Positions 49,001-62,036 of a stretch of 64,000 nt of DNA are shown piece after piece. Each line of letters opens with the position of its first letter. The first letter of the stretch is position 1. The DNA comes from Malacoraja senta (Eukaryota), in NCBI GenBank assembly GCA_038087875.1, contig JAXLNO010000627.1, forward strand, positions 310,001 through 374,000, in the 5' to 3' direction. The position numbers were made by a program, and so were the translations under genes. The notes under the pieces are model-generated. The model was not told the origin of the DNA. It worked only from the letters and a program-made list of their open reading frames with translations, and did no database searches.

Positions 49001-51390
49001 TATTACAATGGAGTACGTGCTTGGGATGCAGAGTGGGCTGAGTGGGCTGAAGGTGGATAATTCACTTGGACTGCATGGAATGCAACCTCGGGTTCTGAAA
49101 GAGGCGGCTTTTGAGATTGGGGAGGCGTTGATAGTGATATTTCAAGAATCACTAGAGTCAGGAGTGGTCCCAGGCGATTGGAAAATTGCCAACATTACCC
49201 TGCTGCACAAGAAGGGAGCAAAGCAGAATAATGGGAACTGTAGACTGGTTAGTATGACTAAGGTTGTTGGTAAGATTTTAGAGTCCATTATAAATGATGA
49301 GGTTACGGAGTACTGAGAAGTTCACGATAAAATAGGCCAAAGTCAGCATGGCTTTGTGAAGGAGAAATTTGCTTGACAAATTTGCTGGAATTATTTGAAG
49401 AAGTAAATAGCAAGACAGACAGTCAATAGATGTTGCTTCCTTCGATTTTCAGAAAGCCTTTGCTAAGGTGCCACACGTGAGGCTGCTAAGGAAGATGGGA
49501 GCCGATGGTATCAAAGGGCAGACACAAGTATGGATACCAGGTTGGCTGAATGGCAATAAAGGGGGCTTTTTCTGGTTGGCTGCCAGTGACTATCGGTGTC
49601 CCGCAGGGGTCGGTACTGGGGCCGCTACTCTTCATGTTGTATATTAATGATTTGAACAAGGGGATTAAAGGCTTTGTCACCAAGTTTGCAGATAATACGA
49701 AAATAAGTGAATGGGCAGGTAGTGTAGAGAAAGCAGGGATTCTGCAGAAAGACGTAGGCAGGTTGGGAGAGTGCGCAGTGAAGTGGCAGATGGAATATAG
49801 CAATATATAGCGTAGCAAAGTGTGGAATCATGCATTTTGATAGCAGGTTCAAGGCGGAGACAATATTTTCTAAATGGCGAGAGAATCAGAAATCTGAGGT
49901 GCAAAGGACTTTGGAGTGCTAGTGCCGGATTCCCAAAATGTTAATCTGCAAGTTGAATCAGCAGTAAAGAAAGTAACCTCAATGCTAGCATTTATTTCAT
50001 GAGGGTGTGTATACAAAAACAGTGATGTAATGCTTAGGCTCCATAATGCACTGGTAAGGCCTTTGGAATATTGGAAGCAATTTTGGGCACCATATCTGGA
50101 TGTGCTGGCTCTGGAGGCGGTCCACCTGAGGTTGACAAGATGATCCCTGGAATAAGTAGGTTAACCAATGATGAGCGTTTTTCAGCACTGGGCCTGCACT
50201 CGCTGGAGTTTAGAAGAATAACGGGGGACCTCAGTGAAACATACAGAGGAAGGGCTGTATAGAGTGAATGTGGAGAGGATGTGTCCCATAAAGGGAGTGC
50301 CTAGGACTAGAGTTCATAGCCTCAGAATTAAAGGACTTTCTTTTTGAAAGGAGACAAAGATAAATTAATTTAGTCAGAGGGAGGTGAATCTGTGGAATTA
50401 TTTGCCACAGAAGGTTGTGGAGGCCAAGTCAGTGGATATTCTTAAGGAAGAGATAGATAGATCTAAGAGACCGGTGGTGGTGGTGGGGGGGGGGGGGGGC
50501 GCAGGCTGATGGCAGCCTCGCCAACAGCCTGTCTGTCTTTTCGTCGTTTAAAAATATATATATTTTTGTGTGTTTTTAACGTTTGTGTTAATATTCTGTG
50601 GTTTGTTTTATGTGGTGTTTGGGCAGGGGTTCGGGAAAAACGTTCAATCTTGCCGGAGATGCGATTGTTTTCCGGATCGTATCTCCCGTCGCTCTGCGGC
50701 CTAACATCAGGGAGCTGGATGCCTTGCTCGGGACTGACTTTGAGTCCCACCGCGGGGACGTGGACTTACCATCCGAGCCGATTCGTTGCCTGGGATCGAC
50801 CCTCCATCCGTGGCCTGCGGATTTCACCATTGAGGAGCCCGCAGTCTCGGATAGAGACGATGTCGGGAAGCTCCAAACGACGCAAAAGGTTCGACCAGCC
50901 TCCGGGCGGAGGGAGCGGGCATCCCCCGATGTAGGAACTTGATCGCCGCGACGCGGGGGGGGGGGGGGGGTGGGTGAGGCAACCGCCGCGGGAGCCAAGA
51001 TCGTCCGTCAACGGAAGGCTCGAGGCAGGCCCCCGACCGCGGGAGAACTATGAAGGGAAGAGATTGGACTTATTTTTCGCCGTCCATCACAGTGAGGAAT
51101 GTGGAGGAGTCACTGTGGTGGATGTTCATGTTAAAATGTATTTTGTGTGTTTTGTTGCTATTTAATGGTATGACTGTATGGCAAATCAAATTTCTCGTAT
51201 GTTGCAAAATAAACTTGGCTAATATAGTATGATTATGATTATGATTAGATTCTGGAATAGTACAGGTGTCAGATATTATGGGGAGAAGGCAGGAAAATGG
51301 GGTTAGGAGGGAGAGATTGGTCAGCCATGAGTAAATGGCGGAATAGACTTGATGGGCCGAATTGCTTAATTCTACTCCTATCTCTTATGA
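46040..51390 (+). mobile_element. Decayed near-full-length CR1 (ORF1 esterase-like, ORF2 EN and RT) with nested small insertions
   Basis: ORF1 DHICSKC, DSIV, CLPGARV; ORF2 YRPPNS, MGDFN, GVPQGSVLGPLLF, KFAD; many stops and frameshifts; nested Penelope termini (47180-47310, 48755-48880) and a repeat at 50465-51245. Confidence 0.85.
47180..47215 (+). ncRNA. Second minimal hammerhead-ribozyme-like motif (solo Penelope terminus)
   Basis: CTGAAGAAGGGTCTCGACCCGAAACGTC at 47184-47211, identical to 12439-12466. Confidence 0.55.
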
Positions 51391-52807
51391 CTGATCTGAG
51401 GCTGCACCTGACCTGAGATTGTCTGCACGGTTTTCCATGAATAGACTTACCTCATTTGTGTTCAGAGTGTTTTAGTACACAGGACAGATCACTTGGTTCA
51501 AAGACCAGGACACTTACTGTGCTAGGTGACTTTGTACAGTCTGTGTTCTGACATTGCAATGGCAAGATGCCTACTCTGTTTGCCCTTTCCTTGAAGTTTC
51601 GTGCTGTTGTACATTGCAGTGGACTTACACGGAGTAGTTGCGTTAGTTAGTCCTTGATCCGAGCCAATCATTGGAGTGTAAACGGTCTATTGCTTTCCAC
51701 TATCGTTTGGTCGTGTTGACGTTCCCTGTATTTCCGTACTCCGGTTCTCTGCTGCGGTTTTCAGAAGGTCCATCTCTCCATAGCCCAGGCCGAAATGTTG
51801 TTGCTTGCATCGTCATTACACAATTCATATTATACTTCTGTTTCTCTAAACGGCTGCCCACTGCAATTAGACACAGTGCTGGTCTCTCGCTGTCTTATGG
51901 TAATAAAGGTATGAAACACAAAATAAAGGGCTGATTTCTATACACTCTCTTTTGTATATGGACCTTGGAGAGAAGTTCGTTTCCGTCACGTGCGACGTTG
52001 AGATGTTTATAATTTTATTTTGGTCAGCATCGTCACTGCCCTGTGTGAGTAACATGGGAACGCGTGTACACACTGCACTGCGTGTGTTTGACAGGCCTGT
52101 GAGGGAGCAGTTCAGCTGTTTCTCAGTCTATGCCCCGTCATGGAAGGCCTCGTGATGTTCTTTGTCCGAGCCGTAACTGGACGGTTTCTAGCCGGAATCG
52201 GGAACGTACGGAGCCGAAATAAAGTGCGGCCAATTGAGCGCCGGCTCCCACATTTGTGAGTCAGTGCTGCCGGCTGGTTCAGCTTCACTGCCGTTGACAA
52301 GGAACATGGTGTGGGTCCGGTTAGATCGAGGTTCCGATTACTCTGGTCTTGATGGACAAGAAATTTGTGACAACACAGAGTGTTCCAGGTCACGTGGGTT
52401 CTCAGGAAGAGCCTATTCTGATTCGACGCTGACTGAGTCACCATATCTCGGATCCGCAGTGCTCTACTCTGACCAGTACCCTCAACCAATTCCCCATAGT
52501 TCGGTGTGAATCTAAATGGATGACCTGACGTGAGTGGTAGAAAGACATCGGGAAGGAAACAGAAAAAGCCACAAGTTGTCTCTTGTGGCGGGGAATGGCA
52601 GCAGTCATTCATTCTTTGTCTGGACGCTCGCGTGTTTCGCTCAGTCAATATCGGTAATGGAGATGATGTCGGAAATCCCCGGACATTCAGAGTATTTTTT
52701 TAAATCCAGACGTGTTTTATCATTATCCACTTAATGGGTGTGCCGACTTTCGACAAGATGGTGTGATCCACGTGATCCGGCCATCGTCAAGGGCGACGGA
52801 TCGTCAT

Positions 52808-55282
52808 GGTCAATCCCCAATCAGTACCCCGTTCCTGCCTTCTCCCCATATCCCCTGACTCCATCCCCTGACTCCGCTATTTTTAAGAGCCCTATTTAGC
52901 TATCTCTTGAAAGTATCCAGAGAACCGGCCTCCACCGCCCTCTGAGGCAGACAATTCCACAGACTCACAACTCTCTGTGTGAAAAAGTGTTTCCTCATCT
53001 CCGTTCTAAATGCCTTACGTCTTATTCTTAAGCTGTGGCCCCTGGTTCTGGACCCCCCCCAACATCGGGAATATGTTTCCTGCCTCTAGCGTGTCCAAAC
53101 CCTTAATAATCTTATATGTTTCAATAACATTCCCTCTTATCCTTCCAAATTCCGGAGTATACAAGCCCAGCCGCTCCATTATCTCAGCATATGACATACC
53201 CGCCATCCCGGGAATTAACCTTGTGAACCTACACTGCACTCCGTCAATAGCAAGAATGTGCTTCCTCAAATTAGGGGACCAAAACTGCACACAATACTCC
53301 AGGTGTGGTCTCACTGGGGTCCTATACAACTACAGAAGGACCTCTTTGCTCTTATACTCAACTCCTCTTGTTGTGAAGGCCAACATGCCACTCCCTTTTA
53401 TTCACTGCCTGCTGTACCTGCATGATTACTTTCATTTTCTGATGAACAGTGAGCCCCAGATCCCGTTGTACATCCCTTTTTCCCAACTTAACATAATTTA
53501 GATAATAAACTGCCTTCCTGTTTTTGCTACCAAAGTGGATAACCTCACATTTATCCACATTAAACTGCATCTGCCAAACATTTGCCCATTCACCCAACCT
53601 GTCCAAGTCACCCTGCATTCTCATAGCATCCTCCTCATAGTTCACACTGCCACCCAGCTTTGTGCCATCTGCAAATTTGCTAATGGTTCTTTGAATCCCT
53701 TCGTCTAAATCATTGATGTTTTTTGTAAATAGCTGTGGTCCCAGCACCGAGCTTTGCGGTACCCCACTAGTCACTGCCTGCCATTCTGAAAGGGACCCGT
53801 TAATCCCTACTGTTAGTTTCCTGTCTGCCGACGATTTTTCTATCCATGTCAGCACTCTACCCACTATACCATGCGCCATACTTTTGCCCACTAATCTCCT
53901 ATGTGGGACCTTATCAAATGCTTTCTGAAAGTCCAGGTACACTACATCCACTGGCTCCCCCTTGTCCATTTTCCTTGTTATATCGTCAAAAAATTCCAGA
54001 AGATTAGTCAAGCATGATTTCCCCTTCGTATATCCATGCTGACTTGGACCGATCCTTTTACTGCTATCCAAATGTGCCGCTATTTCATCTTTTATGATGA
54101 CTCCAGCATCTTCCCCACCACCGATGTCAGGCTAACTGGTCTATAATTCCCTGTTTTCTCTCTCCTGCCTTTCTTTAAAAGTGGGATAACATTAGCTACC
54201 TTCCAATCCACAGGAACTGATCCTGAATCTATCGAACATTGGAAAATGAACACCAATGCGTCCACGATTTCTCGAGCCACTTCCTTTAGTACCCTGGGAT
54301 GCAGATAATCGGGCCCTGGAGATTTATCAACCTTCAGTCCCATCAGTCTACCCCACACCATTTCCTGCGTAATGTGGATTTCCTTCAGTTCCTCCACCAT
54401 CCAGATCCTCTGGCCACTAGTACACCAGGAATATTGTTTGTGTCTTCCTCGGTGAAGACGGATCCAAAGTACCTGTTCAACTCCTCTGCCATTTCCTTTT
54501 TCCCCATAATAAATTCACCTTTTTCAGTCTTCAAGGGTCCAACTTTGGTCTTAACTAGTTTTTTCCTCTTCACATAGCTAAAGAAGATTTTACTATCCCC
54601 CTTTATATTCTTGGCTAGCTTACTTTCGTGCCTCATCTTTTCTCCCCGTATTGCCTTTTTAGTTATCTTCTGTTGCTCTTTAAACATTACCCAATCCTCT
54701 TGCTTCCCGTTCATCTTTGCCATGTCGTACTGCTTCTCTTTTATTTTTATACTGTCCCTGACTCCCCTTGTCAGCCACGGTCGCCCCTTACTCCCCTTGG
54801 AATCTTTCTTCGTCTTTGGAGTGAACTGATCCTGCACCTTCTGTATTATTCCCAGAAATACCAGCCAGTGTTGTTCCACTCTCATCCCTGCTCGGGTGTC
54901 TTTACAGTCAACTTTGACCAGCTCCTCCCTCGTGGCTCCATTGTCCCCTTTGTTCAACTGTAACACGGACACCTCAGGTTTACCCTTCTCCCTCTCAAAT
55001 TGTAGATTAAAACATACAACCATTATGGTCACTACCTCATAATGGCTCCTTTACCTCGAGTTCCCTTATCAAATCCGGTTCATTACACAACACTAAATCC
55101 AGAATCGCCTTCTCCCTGGTAGGCTCTAATACAAGCTACTCCACAAACCCCCTATCTTGGGGCCCAGTACCAACCTCATTTTCCCAGTCTACCTGCATGT
55201 TGAAATCTCATAACAACCGCAGAATTACTTTTACGACATGCCAATTTTTACTCTTGATTCAACTTGCACCCTATATCCAGGC
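52808..55282 (-). mobile_element. 5'-truncated CR1 specific to the right arm
   Basis: ORFs 53015-55032 carry CR1 RT motifs (KSPGPD, NYRPVSLTSVVGK, YLDFQKAFDKVPH, GVPQSSVLGP, KFAD); absent from the left arm. Confidence 0.9.
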
Positions 55283-56790
55283 TCGGAACTGGACCTCCAT
55301 GACGTTACCTGTATTAAACCCAAAGCAGTTCACTGTACCAGGTACTTCTGATTTCATACAGGGAGCGTCAAGGAGGTCCGGTTCCGAGCTGTTGACCCGT
55401 CATTAATCGATCTGATGTGTCTGGTACTCAGTGACAGGATGGACAATGGTCTTAGTGCTGATTGGTATCGAGGCCAGAGGTGTTGACACCCCGCCAGCGT
55501 CGCCAATGACATTTGAAGCTGTGACCGGTGCATTGGTCAGGGAACAGCCTGGTTATGTCAGTGACTCCCTCGTGTTGCCGCTATATCAGTATCCTGGACA
55601 CGCAGATCCGCCCTTTAGAGCTGGAGCCGCTCGGTGAATGGTGGGACTGGCGGCCACTGTGGTGGGAGACAGAGTATCCCGTGTCCTTGCCCCGCCCAGT
55701 CCATCGTTTCATCCGTCTTCTTTCATTGCCCTGGTGATTATAAGGCCTATATGGTCGGGAACCAGTGAGAGCTCCTGGGAACTTGATTTAGGACTGAGTA
55801 CTTCCAGCAATGTTACTCGTAACTCGTCGCTAGGTTAGTTGACGTTTCATGTAGTGGGAAAAGCCGCACACATGGTGGCCTTGGAGACTGGGTGACATGT
55901 AGGAATCTACAAGGCCACGTATGTAGCACCTCCTGGTCATATCAGCGTGACAGATGTTTGTCTGGTTGCATTGAGCCGCGGGATTATGGGAGGATCCCAG
56001 TGTAACATGACTGTGTGTGTCGCCGTGTGGAGCTGTTCTGTTCTCTGAGTTTATGTCCGTTCCTCGCCAGTTTCACAAGGGCACGGCAGGGACAATCACC
56101 TTGGTGAGACATGGTGCGCCAACACGTGGCGACACGTGTCCTGCCTAGGATGTATGCAAAACAAAGCAGTTCACTGTAACTAGGTACCCTCGGTACATGT
56201 GGCAATAAAGTATCTTTCAATCAGTTACATATGGGCCAGGCTGTCCCTCCCACACAATCAGAAGCTGTTAGAATATGTGATGTGGCATTTAAAAATACAC
56301 ATCATAATTCGACCACATGTATTGTTGCAACTCTATCCCCTCATAATCACATGTTCACAGTTGCTGCACCAGAATGAGTCCATTCAGTGTCAGTCATTAT
56401 AAGCCACAAACCCTGGTGTGGCAGGACTAGGACAGAAACAGAAATGTATCTGCTCCTAAAGGTGAAGCAACGTGTTGGTCAGTGAGTCTTGCCCGATTTT
56501 GGCATAGACTATGTACACTCTACCCTGTGTTCACTACCATGTTAGCCACAGACTTATTTCTGAAGTTTGGCGTGTCACTTTAAGTCTGTAATTCCCACAG
56601 GAGCGCTAAACTGGGAGCAGCTGGCGTGATTGTTTGTTCAGTGAGTGTAACTAACGTCGTTGGCCTGGAACCTGGTGCCGCTGGAGATTTCTCTCTGCTA
56701 TAACAAAGGATGCCGTGAACATGTCATCCCTGTTTTAGCAGCAGTCTTGGTGTGCTGCATGAACAGAGGAGAAATCACTTCACCGAGTAC

Positions 56791-56860
56791 ATGGGAGGCT
56801 TGCTACTTACTGGAATAACGAGGGTTTACTACCCGACACTTGCCGCTGTTGGTGTACCCC
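56791..56860 (+). CDS. Paralogous GPR139-like GPCR, coding exon 1 (exon 2 not in window)
   Basis: MGGLLLTGITRVYYPTLAAVGVP then C|GTAAGT; same phase-1 donor and YYP.LAAVGVP motif as 36556-36634. Confidence 0.75.
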
Positions 56861-58460
56861 GTAAGTGTTTACTCACAGGTTCTCACCGTGTTCATCACTG
56901 TTATATCTGACATGCGTGGTGGCTGCGCGCCGTATTGACCGCTTGTCTCACTGTTGTATGATTCTGGGTATGGTATTTGCCGAACTGTGGGGTTGATGTT
57001 TAAATAACCACGTATCTTCATTCAAACTGTAGTCTCAGGCAAGATGGTCCTGTTTTATGTTGACTTTAAAACGTCTAACAGTGGGTCTGTGAATCTGTCA
57101 CCAGTGTCATGTCAGCATTATCGTTGTGAATGCACAGTACATTCTGGTGTGTGGATTAATTGGACTGCTGATCGCATGCTTTGTGAAATGCATCTTGAAA
57201 TAATCCAGTGTAAGTGTTCAGGATAAGTGTTAAAATAATCCAGCAGTTTCCGGTATTTTGTCCTGCAGACAATTACGTTCTTGCTTTTCCCGGGAATAAA
57301 AATCAACCGTTGAAGCTCCCGCCCGAGTGTGGGACCAGGGTTGCTCTGCTACCAGCGAAACGCTTCCATTTCACTCCAAGCACTTTCTTTATTCACAGGC
57401 GGCGTGGAATATTTCCCCATTTTGGAAATAATTCCCGCTGGTCTGGAGTGAAATGCGAAAATGCTTGAAACCGCATGTGGGGAAGTATTTGTGGAAAGAG
57501 AAAGAGTTAAAGTTTCAAATCAAAGTTTCTTTCTCGGGAAGCAAGGAAGGGAAGAAACACGTTTATCTGAGCGGCAGTGATGTTGGAAAGGGTAAGGGCT
57601 GGAGTGTAGCGAATGTCTGGAGCAGTGATAGGTTTTCACTGAATGGATAATTGAACTACATTATCTGTGTAACGTGTACCTAACCTGGTCCACTCTGGGT
57701 GACATTGTACAATCTGGGTGTCGCGGTATTCCGTGTGCGGTTGTACTGTTGGTGACGGTGTGAATTCGGGTGAATTTGTACAGTCTGGTCGGGTGGGAGT
57801 TGCCCAGGATATTCCAGTATTTCCAGTTCTTGGCAATATTTCCTGATTTCCAACATTCACAATTTATTCTTGACTTTCCCGCTGGTCTGCGGTTGTGATG
57901 CTCCGCTTTCAGGAATGGGACCGCTTTGTACGTGGCGGCGTTGCTTGAGTTCCGCTGTCTCTGGGTTAATGACAGTTCAGGCAGTGGTCGAGATATGGCG
58001 CCGTATTATTATGTGGACTGAGTCGATTTTAATTCTTATCTCATACCTGCCAACATTTGAAAATGAAAAATCTTACTCTGAGTGCGCGCGCGCCGAAGGT
58101 CATACCCATGTAAGAGCACAAGAACGTATAACTTGTTTATTGTGTATTTGTAATACAGTTTATTGTGTATTATATGTCATAGTTGCTTTCTTGCATTTGG
58201 CCAGAAGTTTATCATTGAAAGTCATTTGGTAGCAACGTTTCCCCATCGCCCGGGGACACATTCGGAGGCTGGAATCTCTCCATCTCTCTCCCTGTCTCTC
58301 CCTCTCTTTCCCTCTTCTCCTCTTTCCCTCTTTCCCTCTTTCCCTCTTTCCCTCTTTCCCTCTTTCGCTCTTTCCCTCTTTCCCTCTTTCCCTTTCCCTC
58401 TCCCCTCTCCCCCTCTCCCCCTCTCTCCCTCTCTCTCTCTCTCGCACTCTCTCGCTCGCT

Positions 58461-58550
<90 letters not shown>

Positions 58551-61500
58551 AAGCCGGTCGGTGATTGTCCACAACGCCACTCGGAGACAGTGTCTGATTG
58601 GCCGCCGGGTGAACAGCGCATTATGTGATTGGCCACAATGACCTGGAGACAGCGGCTGATTGGACGGGAATTTTAAGGGAAGCTGCTCGGTGATTGGACG
58701 CAATCCCCTTAGAGACAGCGGTTGATTGGCCGTTTTTCCCCTCATTTCAAAATCGTACTGTTCCGATTTTTCCCACTTTTTTAAACAGACAAATCGGAAC
58801 AAATACGATGAAATCGGACTAGTTGTCAAGTATGTTATCTATGTTTTGTCCCAACCTGAGATCAGATCTGTATATTACGCCGGGGGCACGGGTGACGGCC
58901 CAACGCGGGGTCTGTTTCTGTTCCCCGTCACGTTGCTCTGTGAGAGGAACCGCGCCCGGTCCAGAACCCTCGCACCTACTGACTGCAGAGACGTTGTTGA
59001 ACCGTTGCCGCTCCGAGCAGTGACGGTTTTGCCAACGTGGTGTGTGGTGAGGATGTCCGGCTCTGTGACCGTTCTCTGTGATAAAAGGCAGCATGTGGTC
59101 CATTTGGGAATAGTTTGTGAGCTGCAGGACACTGGGGCTGGGGTTGACCACTGCAGTGAGCTGCAGGAAAGGCAATTGGATGGGATGTTGCGTGGTAACA
59201 TGTATGTCACAGCAGGATTGGGTTCGGAGTTCAGGACCCCGCGGTCACTCATTGTTAGCTGAGTGTAGCTGATTATTCTGCACGTCTCAGATTTCCCGAT
59301 ACTGGCATGTTACAATTCCGTAATTTAACCTTCGTGTAACTGAGAATGTGCGGTGCTGCAGTTGGTCTGAGATTTGTTGATTTGGGTTCTTGTACATGCG
59401 TGTGCAATCCCGACTTGTGTCTTACAAGTCATGACTGACTTCAGTGTCTGGTTCTGAATGTTATGTTTCAATAGTCGCTACAGTAATGTAGCTGGTAGCT
59501 CTGTGGTCTCACAGCTCAGCTACGAGCTTCGATCTTGCACTGCTTTTTATGATGTCTACGCATTCTGTTCGTGATCGCATCTGTTTCCTCAATTTGCTCC
59601 GGTTTCCTTCCCCGACCCAACATGTGCAGTTTGGTCGGTAATTCGCTGCTGTAAGTTACCCGTATTCCGGCGGATGACTAATAGTATCTGAGGTGAATTG
59701 GTGTTAATGTCGCTGAATTAATACTGCATGATTCGTGGAAATGTTAGCTTAACGTTTGACACCTGACCCTGTGATCCGAAGGAAATGTATTTTATACGTT
59801 TCTAGCTCCATGCCGCATCCTGATAAATTATTCTGCCAACCAGCTTGTGTGTCCAAATGAAACCGGGGACAATCGGGTATTTTAAAACATACATTGTTTG
59901 CATCTTTTCCCAGAGCTGTGATATTCTGTTTGACGATTCCACGTCAATCACCAGTCAGGTTCCAGTTTGAGCATTGTATGTATGTTCTGTCAGCACACTG
60001 CACCTCTGGAGGTTTGCACTGCTGAGAGGAGTTGTGGCGATTAGGAATGGTTGGGGAGGGTGGAACAACTTGAATGGGAAACCGTTTATTTGGCAGAGAG
60101 CAGGCATTTCCCGTAAGTTGCGAGGAGATGGATGGTGATAATAAATTTATTCAGACGTCGCGAACGGTTCAGAAATGTCTGCATGAAAGTATGGAAGAGG
60201 AAAGACTTAATTACATGTAAACCCTCGGATGTGTAATTGAAAGCACTGATCAAGAAGATTATACACGCACGTTGCAAAGCCCGATTGTTCGGCACTGACA
60301 CAATGAGCTAAATGGTCCACATGCATGTGAGAAGTTTTCTACGAATACACTATTACTGTTCTTGCAACTGGTTAATCGGAGAAGTCCCGCTACAGATATG
60401 CATACCATACCATGGCCGTCTCCAAGAAGATTTCGCAACTTTCTGCACTTGGTACACATCATCATCAACATTCCCTTCCCCACCACCAACAGCTTCCTGA
60501 GTCTGTCCATTCACTAATAGGCCGGGTGAAGCTGGGGTAAGCCTTGGGCATAGGGTGGGCTCCTAGCAGGGATTATCTTTCGAACCCGATGGTGTACAAT
60601 CCCAAAGATCTCCAGAGGCGGCATTACAGGCAGATCAGTTGTCATTGAATGTGTGACATTTTATTTTACCGGCCGCACAAACAAACCAAGAGCAGAGTGT
60701 TTGGGGTACAGCTTTATACAATGTTCGCTAACCCACATCTGCGCTTCTGTGGGCACCTCTGGTCGCCACACAGTAGGAATAACTTAATTGCTATGTAGAA
60801 GGTGAGAGGAGATTTATAAAAATGTTTTCTGCGATGGCAAAGTTTGGTTATGACGGGAGAGTCGCTAGACTGAGTTTATTTTCCTTTCACGAGAAATACA
60901 CAGTGAAGGTCCAACAATTGGATACATTAAGGGGCATAGACAGGATACATGGTATGAAACATGCCCCATATGAGAGGGGGTTAAATCCAGAGGGCATTAG
61001 TTTAGATAAAATATTTGGAAGAATCTGATTAGGTCTTTTCTCATTCAGACTCGGAATCTAGGACGCGCTGCTAAAGCGTTTGATGAAGGCAGGGATACTA
61101 AATACATCAAGAGGAACACTTGGCACTCTAAGGCGTGGAGACTGTGGGTTCTGTGGGTACACCCATGTCGCTTTGGCCGTGGTGGGTCAAATGCCTTGCT
61201 TCCGAGCTGTGGGAAGCTCTCCCTCTGGGGAACGAACTGGAGATGTTGCGGATGGAAGCGCTACAAAGTGTATTGACGGAAAATGGGAATAGGGAGGTGG
61301 AGTGTGCGATACCGGTGGAAACAGAGTGGGGAGACCGTGGGTCAGGATGTGGACTGCAGCGTGGACATACACTGAATACGTTGTACATGGTGCAGTCAAC
61401 GTGATTCAGGTTTCGGGACATCTGCTGCATTTTGACGGAACACGTCTGACTACAGCACATGCTTCCAGGTCAGATCACCAAACAAAACCGCTGCTCAACT

Positions 61501-62036
61501 GTCCGTCTGACCTTCCGCTGTCGCACTCGGATAGTCACACCGCCAATATCCTTATCAGCATGACATAAAACATTACAATGAAAATCCGCACGATAAGCCA
61601 CCCGAGGATGCTCGCTCCCCACTGGTATCTATCCTGACGTCTGTCTGTCCCTCCGCTGTACACTCTCTTCTCAACAGTCCCCACTGCACCTTCCCCCTGC
61701 ACCTTCATTCCGCCCAGTCCCGCCCGCGCCTTCCCCCGGCTCAGTCCCCACCCCACTGAAGCTTCAATCTGCAGATAGTTTGCTGCGCATCTGTGGCACA
61801 TAAACGTGGGCAGCAAGGGAACAAGTTGATATTGACCTTGAAGTGGTGCCTGTCTTTTATGTAGAATGCATGCAAGGAACTGCAGGCGGGTCATTCTGAT
61901 ATCGGTGGTGGTAAAGTTGCCTGAGGGAAATTAGTGCTATACGCCTCATCGGTATTTGGAAAGATAAACACTGATTATAAATAGACAACACGACTTTTTT
62001 CCCGAGAAACATTGTCTATATGTGCTTTTGTAGTTT

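Larger units (their letters stand above)
49983..62035. repeat. Right arm of large inverted segmental duplication
   Basis: Counterpart of the left arm; interrupted by arm-specific insertions at ~50465-51245 and ~52810-55280, and cut off by the L2 at 62037. Confidence 0.92.
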
